DNA of 64,000 nucleotides from an uncultured Bacilli bacterium (GTDB lineage: Bacteria; Bacillota_I; Bacilli_A; RF39; UBA660), in NCBI GenBank assembly GCA_947626125.1, contig CANQRA010000001.1:8881-72880 (forward strand), given 5' to 3'. The notes beneath the pieces were generated by a model. That model was given only the letters and a program-made list of their open reading frames with translations. It was not told the origin of the DNA and ran no database searches. The position numbers and the translations under genes were made by a program. Numbering within the stretch: position 1 is the first letter of the stretch; every line of letters starts with the position of its first letter. Of this stretch, positions 50,261 to 60,538 are shown one piece after another.

Positions 50261-50529
50261 GAAAGTTGGCAGAATCCAAAAAAAATAACAAAACAAAAAG
50301 TGTTGCAGAATCAAAAAAGAATGATAAAATAGAAGTCGAAGGCAAAGTCATTGAAGTTCTAAAAGGTAGTGATTACTTAGTAGAATTACCTAATGGCCAT
50401 ACTGTAAAAGCCTACGTTTCTGGTAAAATGCGCATTAATATGATACGTATTTTACCGGGTGATACCGTTACAGTGCAATTATCGCCTTACGATTTAACAC
50501 GTGGGATTATAACATGGAATAAAAGATAG
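50257..50529 (+). CDS. infA: translation initiation factor IF-1 with an ~18-aa Lys-rich N-terminal extension
   Basis: Core '[49 protein letters not shown]'. The start is uncertain and is either GTG 50257 or TTG 50266. The extension contains the duplicated [16 protein letters not shown] motif. Confidence 0.85.
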   Translation: MRKLAESKKNNKTKSVAESKKNDKIEVEGKVIEVLKGSDYLVELPNGHTVKAYVSGKMRINMIRILPGDTVTVQLSPYDLTRGIITWNKR

Positions 50530-50540
50530 GAGAGTTATTT

Positions 50541-50654
50541 ATGAAAGTTAGACCATCAGTCAAAAAAATATGTAAAAAATGTAAAATAATTAGAAGAAAT
50601 GGAAAAGTTATGGTTATTTGTGATAACCCTAAACACAAACAAGTACAAGGTTAA
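50541..50654 (+). CDS. rpmJ: 50S ribosomal protein L36 (37 aa; too short for the ORF track)
   Basis: Hand translation gives [37 protein letters not shown]. Confidence 0.9.
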   Translation: MKVRPSVKKICKKCKIIRRNGKVMVICDNPKHKQVQG

Positions 50655-50665
50655 GGAGGATTTAA

Positions 50666-51040
50666 ATGGCAAGAATTAAAAATATTGATTTACCAGGCGA
50701 AAAACATACTTGCATAGGACTAACAGCAATTTATGGAATTGGTCGTCCTTTAGCAAAAACTATTTGTCATGATGCTGGTATTGATGAAACCAAAAAAATT
50801 AAAGATTTAACAGAAGATGAAATTACAGCTTTAAGAAAAGAAGTCGATAAATATACTGTTGAAGGTGATTTACGTAGAGATGTACAAATGGCAATTAAAA
50901 ATAAAATGGAAATTAATTGTTATGAAGGTGTTAGACACAAAAAAGGTTTACCTGTAAGAGGTCAAAGAACTAATCGTAATGCAAGAACTCGTAAGGGTAA
51001 AGGTAAAGTTGTTGCTAACAAGAAAAAAGTAGGAAAGTAG
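50666..51040 (+). CDS. rpsM: 30S ribosomal protein S13
   Basis: '[14 protein letters not shown]'. Confidence 0.97.
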   Translation: MARIKNIDLPGEKHTCIGLTAIYGIGRPLAKTICHDAGIDETKKIKDLTEDEITALRKEVDKYTVEGDLRRDVQMAIKNKMEINCYEGVRHKKGLPVRGQRTNRNARTRKGKGKVVANKKKVGK

Positions 51041-51050
51041 GGGACTATAA

Positions 51051-51434
51051 ATGGCTTATAATAGAAGAAAAAGAAAAGTTAAGAGAAATATACCAGAAGC
51101 AGAAGCACATATTCATGCAACATATAATAATACCATTGTTACAATTTCAGATAAAGATGGTAATGCAATCAGCTGGTCAAGTGCTGGAAGAATTGGTTAT
51201 TTAGGAAGTAAAAAGAAAACTCCATATGCAGCTGGACTTACGGCAGAAGCTGCAGCGGCAGCTGCCTTAGAACAAGGTGTTAAAAAAGTTGATGTATATG
51301 TTAAAGGCTTAGGTCCTGGTAGAGAAAATGCAATTAGATCATTACAAAGTGCGGGATTAGAAATTACAAGTATTGTTGATGAAACTCCAGTACCTCATAA
51401 TGGTTGTCGTCCACCTAAAAGACCAAGAAATTAA
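51051..51434 (+). CDS. rpsK: 30S ribosomal protein S11
   Basis: 127 aa. Operon position. Confidence 0.95.
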   Translation: MAYNRRKRKVKRNIPEAEAHIHATYNNTIVTISDKDGNAISWSSAGRIGYLGSKKKTPYAAGLTAEAAAAAALEQGVKKVDVYVKGLGPGRENAIRSLQSAGLEITSIVDETPVPHNGCRPPKRPRN

Positions 51435-51457
51435 CAAGAAGAAAGGGATATTGTATT

Positions 51458-52405
51458 ATGATGATAAAATTTGAAAAACCAGAATACAAAATTACTGAAT
51501 ACAACGAATCAAATCATTTTGGAAGATTTGAAATGGAACCATTAGAAAGAGGATTTGGTACTACAATAGGAAATGCTTTAAGAAGAGTATTACTATCTAG
51601 CTTACCAGGTTCTGCTGTAACAAGTATTAAGATTGACGGCGTTCTTCATGAATTTCAAAAAATTGAAGGTGTTGTTGAAGATGTTACGAGTATTGTTTTA
51701 GCTATTAAAGATTTAGTTGTTAAAAAACACACCAATGAAGTAAAAACAATCAGATTACATGCAGATACAGAAGGTCCAGTTACCGCGAGTATGATTGAAC
51801 CTGACCCTGATGTTGAAATTATTAATGGTGATTTAGTAATATGTAATCTTGTTAAGGGTGGCTCTATCGATATTGAAATGACTGTGGAAAATGGTCGTGG
51901 ATATGTTGAAGCTAAAGAAAACAAGAAAAGACTTGAAGATTCAAAAGTTGGTACAATAGCAATTGATTCATCTTATTCACCAATTGAACTTGTTAAATAT
52001 GAAGTTGAAGATACTCGTGTTGGCCAAAATGAAAATTACGATAAATTAATAATGGAGATTACTACGAATGGTAGTATGAGTCCAGAAGAAGCTATGGCTT
52101 TAGCGGGTAAAATATTAGTTGAACACTTTAATATTGTCTCTGATTTAAATGCAATAAGTGACTTTGCGGGCTTAATGCAAGAAAAGAAAGTTGATACAAT
52201 TACCAAAACACTTGAAACACCAATTGAAGAAGTTGAATTTAGTGTTCGAGCTTACAATTGTTTAAAAAGAGCAGGTATTCATACTGTTCAAGATTTAGTT
52301 GAAAAGAAAGAAGTAGAAGTTACTAAGATTAGAAATTTAGGCAAGAAGAGTCTTAAAGAAGTTCTTGATAAAGTTGCTGACTTAGGACTTACATTTAAGG
52401 AGTAA
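51458..52405 (+). CDS. rpoA: DNA-directed RNA polymerase alpha subunit
   Basis: 'FEMEPLERGFGTTIGNALRRVLLSSLPGSAVTSIKIDGVLHEF', nearly identical to the B. subtilis RpoA N-terminal domain. The alpha-CTD 'VRAYNCLKRAGIHTVQDL' is present. Confidence 0.97.
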   Translation: MMIKFEKPEYKITEYNESNHFGRFEMEPLERGFGTTIGNALRRVLLSSLPGSAVTSIKIDGVLHEFQKIEGVVEDVTSIVLAIKDLVVKKHTNEVKTIRLHADTEGPVTASMIEPDPDVEIINGDLVICNLVKGGSIDIEMTVENGRGYVEAKENKKRLEDSKVGTIAIDSSYSPIELVKYEVEDTRVGQNENYDKLIMEITTNGSMSPEEAMALAGKILVEHFNIVSDLNAISDFAGLMQEKKVDTITKTLETPIEEVEFSVRAYNCLKRAGIHTVQDLVEKKEVEVTKIRNLGKKSLKEVLDKVADLGLTFKE

Positions 52406-52411
52406 TGGATT

Positions 52412-52753
52412 ATGGCATATAGAAAATTAGGAAGAGAAACAAGAATTAGAAGAAGCATTTTAGCAGGACTTACCAAAGATGTTATAATGCATGAATCAGT
52501 TGTTACTACCGAAGCAAGAGCTAAAGAAGTAAGAAAATTCGTTGATAAAATGATTACTTATGGAAAAAGAGGAACTTTAGTTTCTCGTCGTAAAGCTTTA
52601 GCCTTCTTACATAACGATAGCGAAGTTGTTAAAAAAGTTTTTGATGACTTAGCTAAAAGATATGAAAATCGTAATGGTGGTTATACAAGAATTGTTAAAT
52701 TAGCCGAACGCCGTGGCGACGATGCTTTAGAAGTAAAAATTGAATTAGTTTAA
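52412..52753 (+). CDS. rplQ: 50S ribosomal protein L17
   Basis: 113 aa. Last gene of the alpha operon. Confidence 0.95.
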   Translation: MAYRKLGRETRIRRSILAGLTKDVIMHESVVTTEARAKEVRKFVDKMITYGKRGTLVSRRKALAFLHNDSEVVKKVFDDLAKRYENRNGGYTRIVKLAERRGDDALEVKIELV

Positions 52754-52758
52754 TAAAG

Positions 52759-52777
52759 GCCTTTTAAAGGCTTTTTT
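52759..52777 (+). terminator. putative rho-independent terminator after rplQ
   Basis: Short GCCTT/AAGGC stem followed by T6. Confidence 0.4.
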
Positions 52778-52976
52778 CTGTATAAAAATCGTATTGACTT
52801 TATATATAAATATATGATATGCTTTATATCGATTGGTACTCAGGAAACTTATGAAGCCCTGAGTCAATTTACCTAATTATTAATTGACAATTGCATTAAC
52901 GAAGGCTTTTTATAGGCTTTTTCCTTTACATTAAATATTTTTAATATTATAATAAAATACTAAAGAAGGTGAGATA

Positions 52977-53759
52977 ATGACCACAATTTCTTTTTTTAAA
53001 AAGGTTGAAGGTTTAATCGATAATTATGATTATAATATAAATTTAGCTCAAACTGATGAAGAAAAATTTAAAGAAAGTTTAAAAGTTAATAAAGATGATA
53101 CCCTTTATTCCGAAAAAGAAATAAAAGTCTTTCCATATAGTTTAATTATAAAATATGTTAAACAATTTGGTATTCAAGAAACTTACAAAAAAATTGAAAC
53201 ATTATATTATTTATTACCGGATAATAATTATAATAATATCTTATTAAAAACAGTGATATATCGTCTTCTTTATATGATGGAAAAATTATATATGAGTTTT
53301 ATTTTGCAAAAATTATTTAGTCTTATCAATAAAGCTGCTTATCCTTGGAATGAGGATGATTTAAGACAAGTTACGATTTTTTTGCAAAAGGAAAGTGGGA
53401 TAGATTATTTACTAGGTATTGAAGGAGATAGAATTACTAATCAATTATCATTTTTTGCTGATATTAAAACCGATGATGAGAAAGAATTAGGTCAAGATGA
53501 TACTATAATGCAAAGTAGGATGGTTAATGCTTACCTTGTTATGATTGATTATATAAATGCTCTGGGTATTGATGAATATAGGAGAAGAAGAGATTATATA
53601 ATAAATTTAATTAGGGATAAAAAAATAGAAATAGATGTTCTTTATCAAAAAAAGCTTTTTAGTGCATTTTATAATATTAATAAAGAGATGCGAGAATATA
53701 ATCAAAGGTTAAAGAGAATTATTAAAAAGGACCACAAACAATTAATTATATTACCATAA
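52977..53759 (+). CDS. hypothetical protein (260 aa) immediately upstream of parA
   Basis: Intact ORF with no recognisable motifs. Confidence 0.5.
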   Translation: MTTISFFKKVEGLIDNYDYNINLAQTDEEKFKESLKVNKDDTLYSEKEIKVFPYSLIIKYVKQFGIQETYKKIETLYYLLPDNNYNNILLKTVIYRLLYMMEKLYMSFILQKLFSLINKAAYPWNEDDLRQVTIFLQKESGIDYLLGIEGDRITNQLSFFADIKTDDEKELGQDDTIMQSRMVNAYLVMIDYINALGIDEYRRRRDYIINLIRDKKIEIDVLYQKKLFSAFYNINKEMREYNQRLKRIIKKDHKQLIILP

Positions 53760-53862
53760 AAAATTTTAAGAAAAGAACAAATCTTTTCTTTTTTATATAC
53801 CCATAAATTTATTTATATGTTAAAATATTAGTACGTAGAAAAAAGTATTAAAGAGGTGTGTT

Positions 53863-54645
53863 ATGGCAAAGGTTATTTCATTAGTTAATCAAAAAGGGGG
53901 AGTTGGTAAGACTACAACAAGTATTAATTTAGCGGCGGCTTTAGGAAAAGAAAATAAAAAAGTATTGTTAATAGATTTAGACCCACAAAGTAATGCTACA
54001 ACTGGGTTAGGATTAAACTCCAATGATTTTGAACACGATATATATGATGTAATTACTGGTAGATGTGCTATTGAAGAAGCAATTATAAAAACAGAATTTG
54101 AAAATTTAGCGGTTATTCCTGCGACTTTAAATTTAGCGGGGATTGATGTTGAGTTTGTTAAAAGAATGTTGGAAGATAACACTTTTCATCAAAATGAACA
54201 ATTGAAGAATGCCATTAATAAAATTAGAAATGCTTTTGATTTTATTGTTATTGATTGTCAACCATCATTAGGACTTGGCACGATGAATGCCTTAGTATCT
54301 AGTGATTCCGTTATTATACCGGTTCAATGTGAATTTTATGCCCTAGATGGAATAACCCAATTATTAAATTCAATTATTATGGTTCAATCTGGGATGAATC
54401 CCTCCCTTTCTATTGAGGGTGTCCTTCTTACTATGTTAGATGGAAGAACCAACATTGGTTTAGAAGTAATTGAAGAAATTCGTAAATATTTTAAAGATAA
54501 AGTATTTAATACAATTATACCTCGTCTTGTTAGATTGGTGGAAGCTCCATCTCATGGAAAACCAATTAATGAATACGACCCAACTAGTAGAGCAACGGAA
54601 GCTTATCATAATTTAGCTGTCGAAGTAATAGAAAGAAATAGTTAG
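53863..54645 (+). CDS. parA: chromosome partitioning ATPase ParA/Soj
   Basis: Deviant Walker A 'NQKGGVGKTTT'. Confidence 0.95.
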   Translation: MAKVISLVNQKGGVGKTTTSINLAAALGKENKKVLLIDLDPQSNATTGLGLNSNDFEHDIYDVITGRCAIEEAIIKTEFENLAVIPATLNLAGIDVEFVKRMLEDNTFHQNEQLKNAINKIRNAFDFIVIDCQPSLGLGTMNALVSSDSVIIPVQCEFYALDGITQLLNSIIMVQSGMNPSLSIEGVLLTMLDGRTNIGLEVIEEIRKYFKDKVFNTIIPRLVRLVEAPSHGKPINEYDPTSRATEAYHNLAVEVIERNS

Positions 54646-54661
54646 GAAAGGATTTGGTTTA

Positions 54662-55549
54662 ATGGAACCTAAGAAAAAAGCATTAGGAAGAGGATTAGAG
54701 CAATTATTTGCTAACAATGTTATTGATTTTGATAACTATGAAAAAGAAATTGTTAACGAAAATAAAAATGATATTGTTGAAATAGCTCTTGATGAAATAA
54801 GAAGTAATCCTCATCAACCTCGTAAAACTTTTAATGAAGATAGTTTAAATGAATTAGCTCAATCCATTAAAGAATTCGGTATTGTTGAACCTATTATTGT
54901 TAAAAAAAGTATTAAAGGTTATGAATTAGTGGCCGGTGAACGTCGTTGTAAAGCCGCTAAAATTGCGGGCCTTACGAAAATACCAGCCGTAATAAAAGAT
55001 TTTACGGATGAAGAAATGATGGAAATAGCGTTAATTGAAAATATTCAAAGAGAAGATTTGAATGCCATTGATGAAGCTAAAAGTGTTCTAAATATTATTA
55101 ATTTAAAAGGATTTACCCAAGAAGAATTTGCTACTAAATTTGGTAAGAGTAGAAGCTATATTACGAATTTATTAGGTCTTTTAAATTTACCAGAAAATAT
55201 TCAAGATATGGTTGTTAGTAAAACATTAACACCATCTCATGCACGGGTTTTAAGTAAATTAGATGATAAAGACCAAATTGATACTTTAGCTAGAAGAGTT
55301 ATCAAAGAAAATCTTAATGTTCGGGAATTAGAAAAGCTAGTTACTGAAAAAGATATTGTTAAAAGAATGCCCATTTTGAAAAGCGATAATGTTGACCGTA
55401 ATAAATATCGGATATATGAAAGAGTTATCAGTGATAAAGTTGGTAATCCAGTTCATATTAGTAAAAATAAATTAGAAATTGTTTTTGATTCAACGAAAGA
55501 TTTAGAAAGAATAATGGAAATATTAAATATTAATATTAGTGAGGAATAG
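54662..55549 (+). CDS. parB: chromosome partitioning protein ParB/Spo0J
   Basis: ParB box 'GERRCKAAKIAG' and an HTH domain. Confidence 0.93.
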   Translation: MEPKKKALGRGLEQLFANNVIDFDNYEKEIVNENKNDIVEIALDEIRSNPHQPRKTFNEDSLNELAQSIKEFGIVEPIIVKKSIKGYELVAGERRCKAAKIAGLTKIPAVIKDFTDEEMMEIALIENIQREDLNAIDEAKSVLNIINLKGFTQEEFATKFGKSRSYITNLLGLLNLPENIQDMVVSKTLTPSHARVLSKLDDKDQIDTLARRVIKENLNVRELEKLVTEKDIVKRMPILKSDNVDRNKYRIYERVISDKVGNPVHISKNKLEIVFDSTKDLERIMEILNINISEE

Positions 55550-55550
55550 T

Positions 55551-55757
55551 ATGGATAATAAATTTGCTCTTAATGACAAAGTCATAATGAAGAAGAAACA
55601 TGCTTGTGGCGGAAATTTATGGCTTATTTCAAGAGTGGGAGTAGATATTAAAATTAAGTGTTGCCAATGTGGACGCGAAATCATGATGGATAGATTAGAA
55701 TTTCAAAAAAAATTAAAGAAGGTGCTTAAGTATGAAGAAGAGAAACAAGAAAGTTAA
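55551..55757 (+). CDS. DUF951-like small zinc-ribbon protein (YyzM-like)
   Basis: Zinc ribbon 'KKKHACGGNLW...KCCQCGREIMM'. The start is placed at ATG 55551 after Shine-Dalgarno GAGGAA. Confidence 0.55.
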   Translation: MDNKFALNDKVIMKKKHACGGNLWLISRVGVDIKIKCCQCGREIMMDRLEFQKKLKKVLKYEEEKQES

Positions 55758-57276
55758 AGGTCCATTACATCCTTTAATGACTTATGTCGTATTAATTGTT
55801 ATTACGGTTATTTTAAGTGGTTTATTGCATGTTCTTGATGTTCAAAGTACATTTTACCGTATTAATCCCACGACTTTAGAATTAGTACCTAATACAGAAG
55901 TTATAAAATCATTATTTAATTTAAGTGGTATTAAATATATTTTCACTGAGACAGTATCTAACTTTGCCAATTTTACTGTTTTATCTAATCTAATTATTTT
56001 ATTAATGGGTATAAGTATTATGGATAAAAGTGGCTTTTTACAAACCGCAATCACTCTAACAACAAAAAGACTAAAAAAGAAAACGGTAACTTTTATTTTT
56101 GTCTTATTGTGTGTCTTATCGAGTATTTTTGGTAATTTATCCTACTTAATTTTTATTCCTTTGGGAGCGTTATTATTTTACTATGGCAAAAGAAACCCTG
56201 CGATTGGTATTATTGCTAGTTTTGCGGCTTTATCTTGTGGTAATGCCATAAATGCTTTTTTTACAGCGACTGATTCTGAATTATTAAATTATACTTTGCA
56301 AGCTATTCAACTTGAAAAAGGAAGTTATGCGATTAAAACTACGGCCTTTATGGTTATCATGTTAGTTGCCGTATTATTAGTAAGTTATATTATTACCATT
56401 ATTACGGAAGGTATTATTGCCAAAAAAGTTCCAAAATATGAATTTACAGAAAGTGAATTAGAAGAAGACATCGTTACTCATGATGAAAAAAAAGGTATGC
56501 TTTATGCTTGCATTAGTGCTTTTGTTTATTTAATTGTTTTCATTTATAGTATCATACCTAACTTACCTTTAAGTGGTGCCTTATTAGATAATAGTAAAGT
56601 TAGATATATTGATAAATTATTCAGTGTTAATTCTTTCTTTAATAGGGGATTTGTCTTTGTTGTAACCATTCTTTTTATCATCTTAGGCTTATTTTATGGT
56701 ATAGGTGTTAAAACAATTAAAAATCATCATGATTTTTGTGAAAATCTAGGTCATTCTCTCGATGGTATTGGTAATATGTTAGTTAGTATCTTCTTTGCTT
56801 CAACCTTTATAAGCATTTTTAAACAAACTAACATAGGTCCTGTTATTGTTGGAGGCATAGCTAGTTTTATAAATTCTTCTAACATGGTAGGTCTTCCTCT
56901 TATCATCGTCATCTTTTTAGGGGTGGTCATAAGCACTTTTGTTTTACCATCAAGTACATCAAAGTGGATAATTTTGGCGCCATCAATCATTCCAGTAGCC
57001 TATTTATCGGAAATATCTCCTGAATTTAGTCAAATAATTTTCCGTTTTGGTGAGGCAGCCACGATGAATATTACACCGATTTTAGCTTACTTTATTGTTT
57101 ATCTATCTTTCTTAGAAAAATACAATCAAGGCGAAAATCAAGTAAAATTAGGAGATTCTATTAAATATCAATTACCATATTCTATCATTATTGGTCTTTC
57201 ATTATTAGTGATGTTATTAATTTGGTATGTTATTGGCATGCCATTAGGAATAAATTCTTTTCCAACAATTTCTTAA
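55732..57276 (+). CDS. AbgT-family (p-aminobenzoyl-glutamate / YdaH-like) transporter
   Basis: 514 aa with about 12 TM helices. The N-terminal 'KGPLHPLMTYVVLIVITVILS' resembles the AbgT start motif. Its position corresponds to yyaD of B. subtilis. Confidence 0.5.
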   Translation: MKKRNKKVKGPLHPLMTYVVLIVITVILSGLLHVLDVQSTFYRINPTTLELVPNTEVIKSLFNLSGIKYIFTETVSNFANFTVLSNLIILLMGISIMDKSGFLQTAITLTTKRLKKKTVTFIFVLLCVLSSIFGNLSYLIFIPLGALLFYYGKRNPAIGIIASFAALSCGNAINAFFTATDSELLNYTLQAIQLEKGSYAIKTTAFMVIMLVAVLLVSYIITIITEGIIAKKVPKYEFTESELEEDIVTHDEKKGMLYACISAFVYLIVFIYSIIPNLPLSGALLDNSKVRYIDKLFSVNSFFNRGFVFVVTILFIILGLFYGIGVKTIKNHHDFCENLGHSLDGIGNMLVSIFFASTFISIFKQTNIGPVIVGGIASFINSSNMVGLPLIIVIFLGVVISTFVLPSSTSKWIILAPSIIPVAYLSEISPEFSQIIFRFGEAATMNITPILAYFIVYLSFLEKYNQGENQVKLGDSIKYQLPYSIIIGLSLLVMLLIWYVIGMPLGINSFPTIS

Positions 57277-57288
57277 GGAGGGTTTTAA

Positions 57289-58389
57289 ATGAGTTTACAA
57301 GCAGGAATTGTTGGTTTACCTAATGTTGGTAAATCAACATTATTTAACGCAATCACAAAAAAACATATTTTGGCTGCGAATTATCCATTTGCTACCATTG
57401 AACCAAATGTGGGGGTAGTTATAGTTCCCGACACCCGTCTGGATTATTTAGTTAGTCTTTATAAACCTAAAAGTACAGTTCCGACAACTTTTGAATTTAT
57501 CGATATTGCAGGTCTTGTCAGTGGTGCTTCAAGTGGCGAGGGTCTTGGGAATAAATTCTTATCCCATATTAGAGATGTTGATGCCATTGTTCATGTCGTT
57601 CGCTGTTTTGATGATGAAAACATTACCCATGTTGAGGGCGCAACAGATCCAATTAGAGATGTCGAAATAATCAATACTGAACTAATTTTAGCGGACTTAG
57701 AAATTGCTAGTAATAGATTAGGCAAAATTCAAAAGAAAGCGGAAACTACTAAAGATAAAGAAGCTATTAAAGAAGTTCATACTTTAGAAAAAGTGCAAAC
57801 TAGCTTAGAAAAAAATATTTGTCTAAGAAATGTTGCCTTTGATGAAGATGAATTATTAATATTAAAAAATTTCAATTTTATTACGCTTAAAAAAGTAATT
57901 TATGTGGCTAATGTTGATGAAGTATCTGCTTCTGTTGGTGACAATGATTATTCTTTAAAATTAAAAGAATATGCTGAGAAAGAAAATTCTTCTGTGGTGG
58001 TTATGTGTGCTAAACTAGAAAGTGATTTAGCGGACCTTGATGATAAAGAAAAAGAAACTTTCTTAAAAGATGTAGGCATTGCTTCGAGTGGTTTAGATAA
58101 ATTAATATTTGTTACTTATGATTTATTAGGACTTGCAACTTTCTTTACCGCGGGGGCTGATGAATGCCGAGCTTGGACTTTCCGTAAAGGAATGAAAGCA
58201 CCAAGTTGTGCCGGAATCATTCATAGTGATTTTGAAAGAGGCTTTATTAGGGCGGAAATTATGAGCTTTAATGATATATACGAATTAGGGAGTGAATTAA
58301 AAGTCAAAGAAAAAGGTCGCATGCGTGTTGAAGGTAAAGATTATCTTATACAAGATGGCGACATATGTTACTTTAGATTTAATGTATAA
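57289..58389 (+). CDS. ychF: ribosome-binding ATPase YchF (Obg family)
   Basis: 'GIVGLPNVGKSTLFNA' and a C-terminal TGS domain. Confidence 0.95.
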   Translation: MSLQAGIVGLPNVGKSTLFNAITKKHILAANYPFATIEPNVGVVIVPDTRLDYLVSLYKPKSTVPTTFEFIDIAGLVSGASSGEGLGNKFLSHIRDVDAIVHVVRCFDDENITHVEGATDPIRDVEIINTELILADLEIASNRLGKIQKKAETTKDKEAIKEVHTLEKVQTSLEKNICLRNVAFDEDELLILKNFNFITLKKVIYVANVDEVSASVGDNDYSLKLKEYAEKENSSVVVMCAKLESDLADLDDKEKETFLKDVGIASSGLDKLIFVTYDLLGLATFFTAGADECRAWTFRKGMKAPSCAGIIHSDFERGFIRAEIMSFNDIYELGSELKVKEKGRMRVEGKDYLIQDGDICYFRFNV

Positions 58390-58401
58390 AGGGGTGTTAT
58401 A

Positions 58402-59316
58402 ATGCAAGATTTAAATGATGTAATTAAACGTATTGGCGAAATAATTAATATAAGTAAAAATAATTTACAAGATAAAAGTGCTGAGGAAATAAAAAGTAAT
58501 TTTACCTATATTCTTCATACTTATATTAGTAATGAATTTGTGGGAGAATTAAAAAGGCTTTTAGAATTAGAAGAAATCGCGGCATTATTACAAAAAGAAG
58601 AACCTTTTAAATTAAATAATGAATTAATGCATTTTATAGAAAAAAGTAATAATCCTTTGTATTACCCATTATATGATATTTTAAAACAAAGTTATAATAG
58701 TAGAGCCCTTGATTTGAAAGAATATAATGGTTACTTTGTACGCGAAGAACATTATGCTAACTTTTTAAAATTTTGTTCTGCATATAAAATAGGTCCTTTT
58801 TCGCCACTTAGTTCAAGTAAAGCGGAAGATGTTAAAGAAAAAGTAGCCATAGCTTTAAATAGGCGAAAAGCTCAAGAACAAAGAATTAATCAATATCTTA
58901 CTTATCAAAAAGAAAAAGAGCAACAAAGATTATTGTTTAATGATAAATATGCTCATATTATTTTCTTAGGTGTTAATGGCAAGTTAACTAAAGATATGAT
59001 TAGTTTATATAAAAGAGAGATGAGTAACGAGGAATATGAAGAACTATTAAACGAACTATTAAAATGGCAAGTAATTACCAAAATGGACTTAGCCGAGTTA
59101 AGATATATAACACCAGTCCATGCTGTGGATGATTTAGTCGAGTACTTTGCGAAAAAGGAAAATGTTGATATGGAATCTTTATCTTTATTAATTCCTTCCC
59201 TTGGTGAAGTTCAATATAATTATTTAATTGATGAATTATTCAAATTAAATGTTATTGCTTTCGATGACTATTTAGCAAGTTTTAAAAATCTTCTTAATAG
59301 TAATCAACGAAGATAA
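58402..59316 (+). CDS. hypothetical protein (304 aa) between ychF and rpsF
   Basis: Intact ORF that is alpha-helical and charged, with no recognisable motifs. Confidence 0.45.
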   Translation: MQDLNDVIKRIGEIINISKNNLQDKSAEEIKSNFTYILHTYISNEFVGELKRLLELEEIAALLQKEEPFKLNNELMHFIEKSNNPLYYPLYDILKQSYNSRALDLKEYNGYFVREEHYANFLKFCSAYKIGPFSPLSSSKAEDVKEKVAIALNRRKAQEQRINQYLTYQKEKEQQRLLFNDKYAHIIFLGVNGKLTKDMISLYKREMSNEEYEELLNELLKWQVITKMDLAELRYITPVHAVDDLVEYFAKKENVDMESLSLLIPSLGEVQYNYLIDELFKLNVIAFDDYLASFKNLLNSNQRR

Positions 59317-59367
59317 GTGATAATGAAGATTATTCGCCATATAATTTAGGAGTAACTGAGAATTTTG

Positions 59368-59396
59368 TTTACAAGGACAAATATTTTTGGTATACT
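59368..59396 (+). promoter_or_regulatory. sigma-A promoter of the rpsF-ssb-rpsR operon
   Basis: TTTACA (-35), a 17-bp spacer and TATACT (-10). A ~70-nt leader follows. Confidence 0.5.
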
Positions 59397-59466
59397 AATA
59401 CACGAGTAAATTGAATTACTCCTTGCTTTTAAAAAAAGCCAAAAGACCATAAGGAGGTGGAAAAAG

Positions 59467-59757
59467 ATGACTAAATATGAAGTTATGTTTATCGTTAAAG
59501 CAACTCTTGATGAAGCAAAAATTGCTAATATAACTAAAGATGTGCAAAAGCTTTTAACGGATAGCAAAGCTAAAGTTATCGAATTCAAAGACATGGGTAG
59601 AAAGAAACTTGCTTATCCAATTAACAAAGAAGTAAGTGGTTTCTATTATTTAATCACAACAGAAGCTAGCCATGATGCAATTAGAGAATTTGATAGAAAA
59701 TTAAGAATTAACGAAAATATTTTAAGACATTTAATCTTAAAAAAAGAAAGTGAGTAA
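59467..59757 (+). CDS. rpsF: 30S ribosomal protein S6
   Basis: 'MTKYEVMFIVKATLDE'. Confidence 0.95.
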   Translation: MTKYEVMFIVKATLDEAKIANITKDVQKLLTDSKAKVIEFKDMGRKKLAYPINKEVSGFYYLITTEASHDAIREFDRKLRINENILRHLILKKESE

Positions 59758-59759
59758 GT

Positions 59760-60239
59760 ATGAATAAAGTATTATTAGTTGGAAGACTTACAAGAGACCC
59801 AGAACTTAGAACAACACCTAGTGGTATGGCGGTAACAAGATTTACCATTGCCGTTTCACAAAATTTTACCAATAAAAATGGCGAAAGAGGTGCTGATTTT
59901 ATTAATTGTAGCGCATGGGGAAGGCAAGCTGATAATATTTCCAAATATTGTCACAAAGGTTCTTTAGTATCAGCTGAGGGACGTATTAGAACAAGTAGTT
60001 ATGATGCTCAAGATGGTACTAAAAGATACACAACAGAAGTTGTATGCGATACAGTTAACTTCTTAAGTAGTAAACCAAGTGGTGAAGGAGCAGGTAATAA
60101 TGATTATCAACCTGTTAATAATTATCCACAAGAAGAACCAATGAATATGGATAATGTAGAAACCGCTGATTTAGAAGAAGACCCTTTTAAAAGTTTTGGC
60201 GAAGAAATTACTTTAACAAGCGATGACTTACCATTCTAA
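59760..60239 (+). CDS. ssb: single-stranded DNA-binding protein
   Basis: OB fold 'MNKVLLVGRLTRDPELR' and an acidic C-terminal tip 'DDLPF'. Confidence 0.95.
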   Translation: MNKVLLVGRLTRDPELRTTPSGMAVTRFTIAVSQNFTNKNGERGADFINCSAWGRQADNISKYCHKGSLVSAEGRIRTSSYDAQDGTKRYTTEVVCDTVNFLSSKPSGEGAGNNDYQPVNNYPQEEPMNMDNVETADLEEDPFKSFGEEITLTSDDLPF

Positions 60240-60255
60240 AAAGGAGGAAAAAATA

Positions 60256-60471
60256 ATGGCAGAATTTTATCGTAAGAAAAAGAAAATATGTCAAATGTGC
60301 GCTGGAAAAAGCGTTGATTATAAAGATGTTATGATTATTAATAAATACATTAATGAAAAAGGTAAAATATTACCTAGACGTGTAACTGGTGCTTGTGCTA
60401 AACATCAAAGACATATTGCTGAACAAGTTAAATATGCAAGATTTATGGCTTTAATACCATATGTAAAATAA
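60256..60471 (+). CDS. rpsR: 30S ribosomal protein S18
   Basis: The start is placed at 'MAEFYRKKKK' after Shine-Dalgarno AAGGAGG. 'ILPRRVTGACAKHQRHIAEQVKYARFMALIPY'. Confidence 0.93.
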   Translation: MAEFYRKKKKICQMCAGKSVDYKDVMIINKYINEKGKILPRRVTGACAKHQRHIAEQVKYARFMALIPYVK

Positions 60472-60538
60472 TTAAATAATTCACATTTATTTGTGAATTT
60501 TTTTAATGGCTGTGCTACAATAAAATTGGTGATAATAA

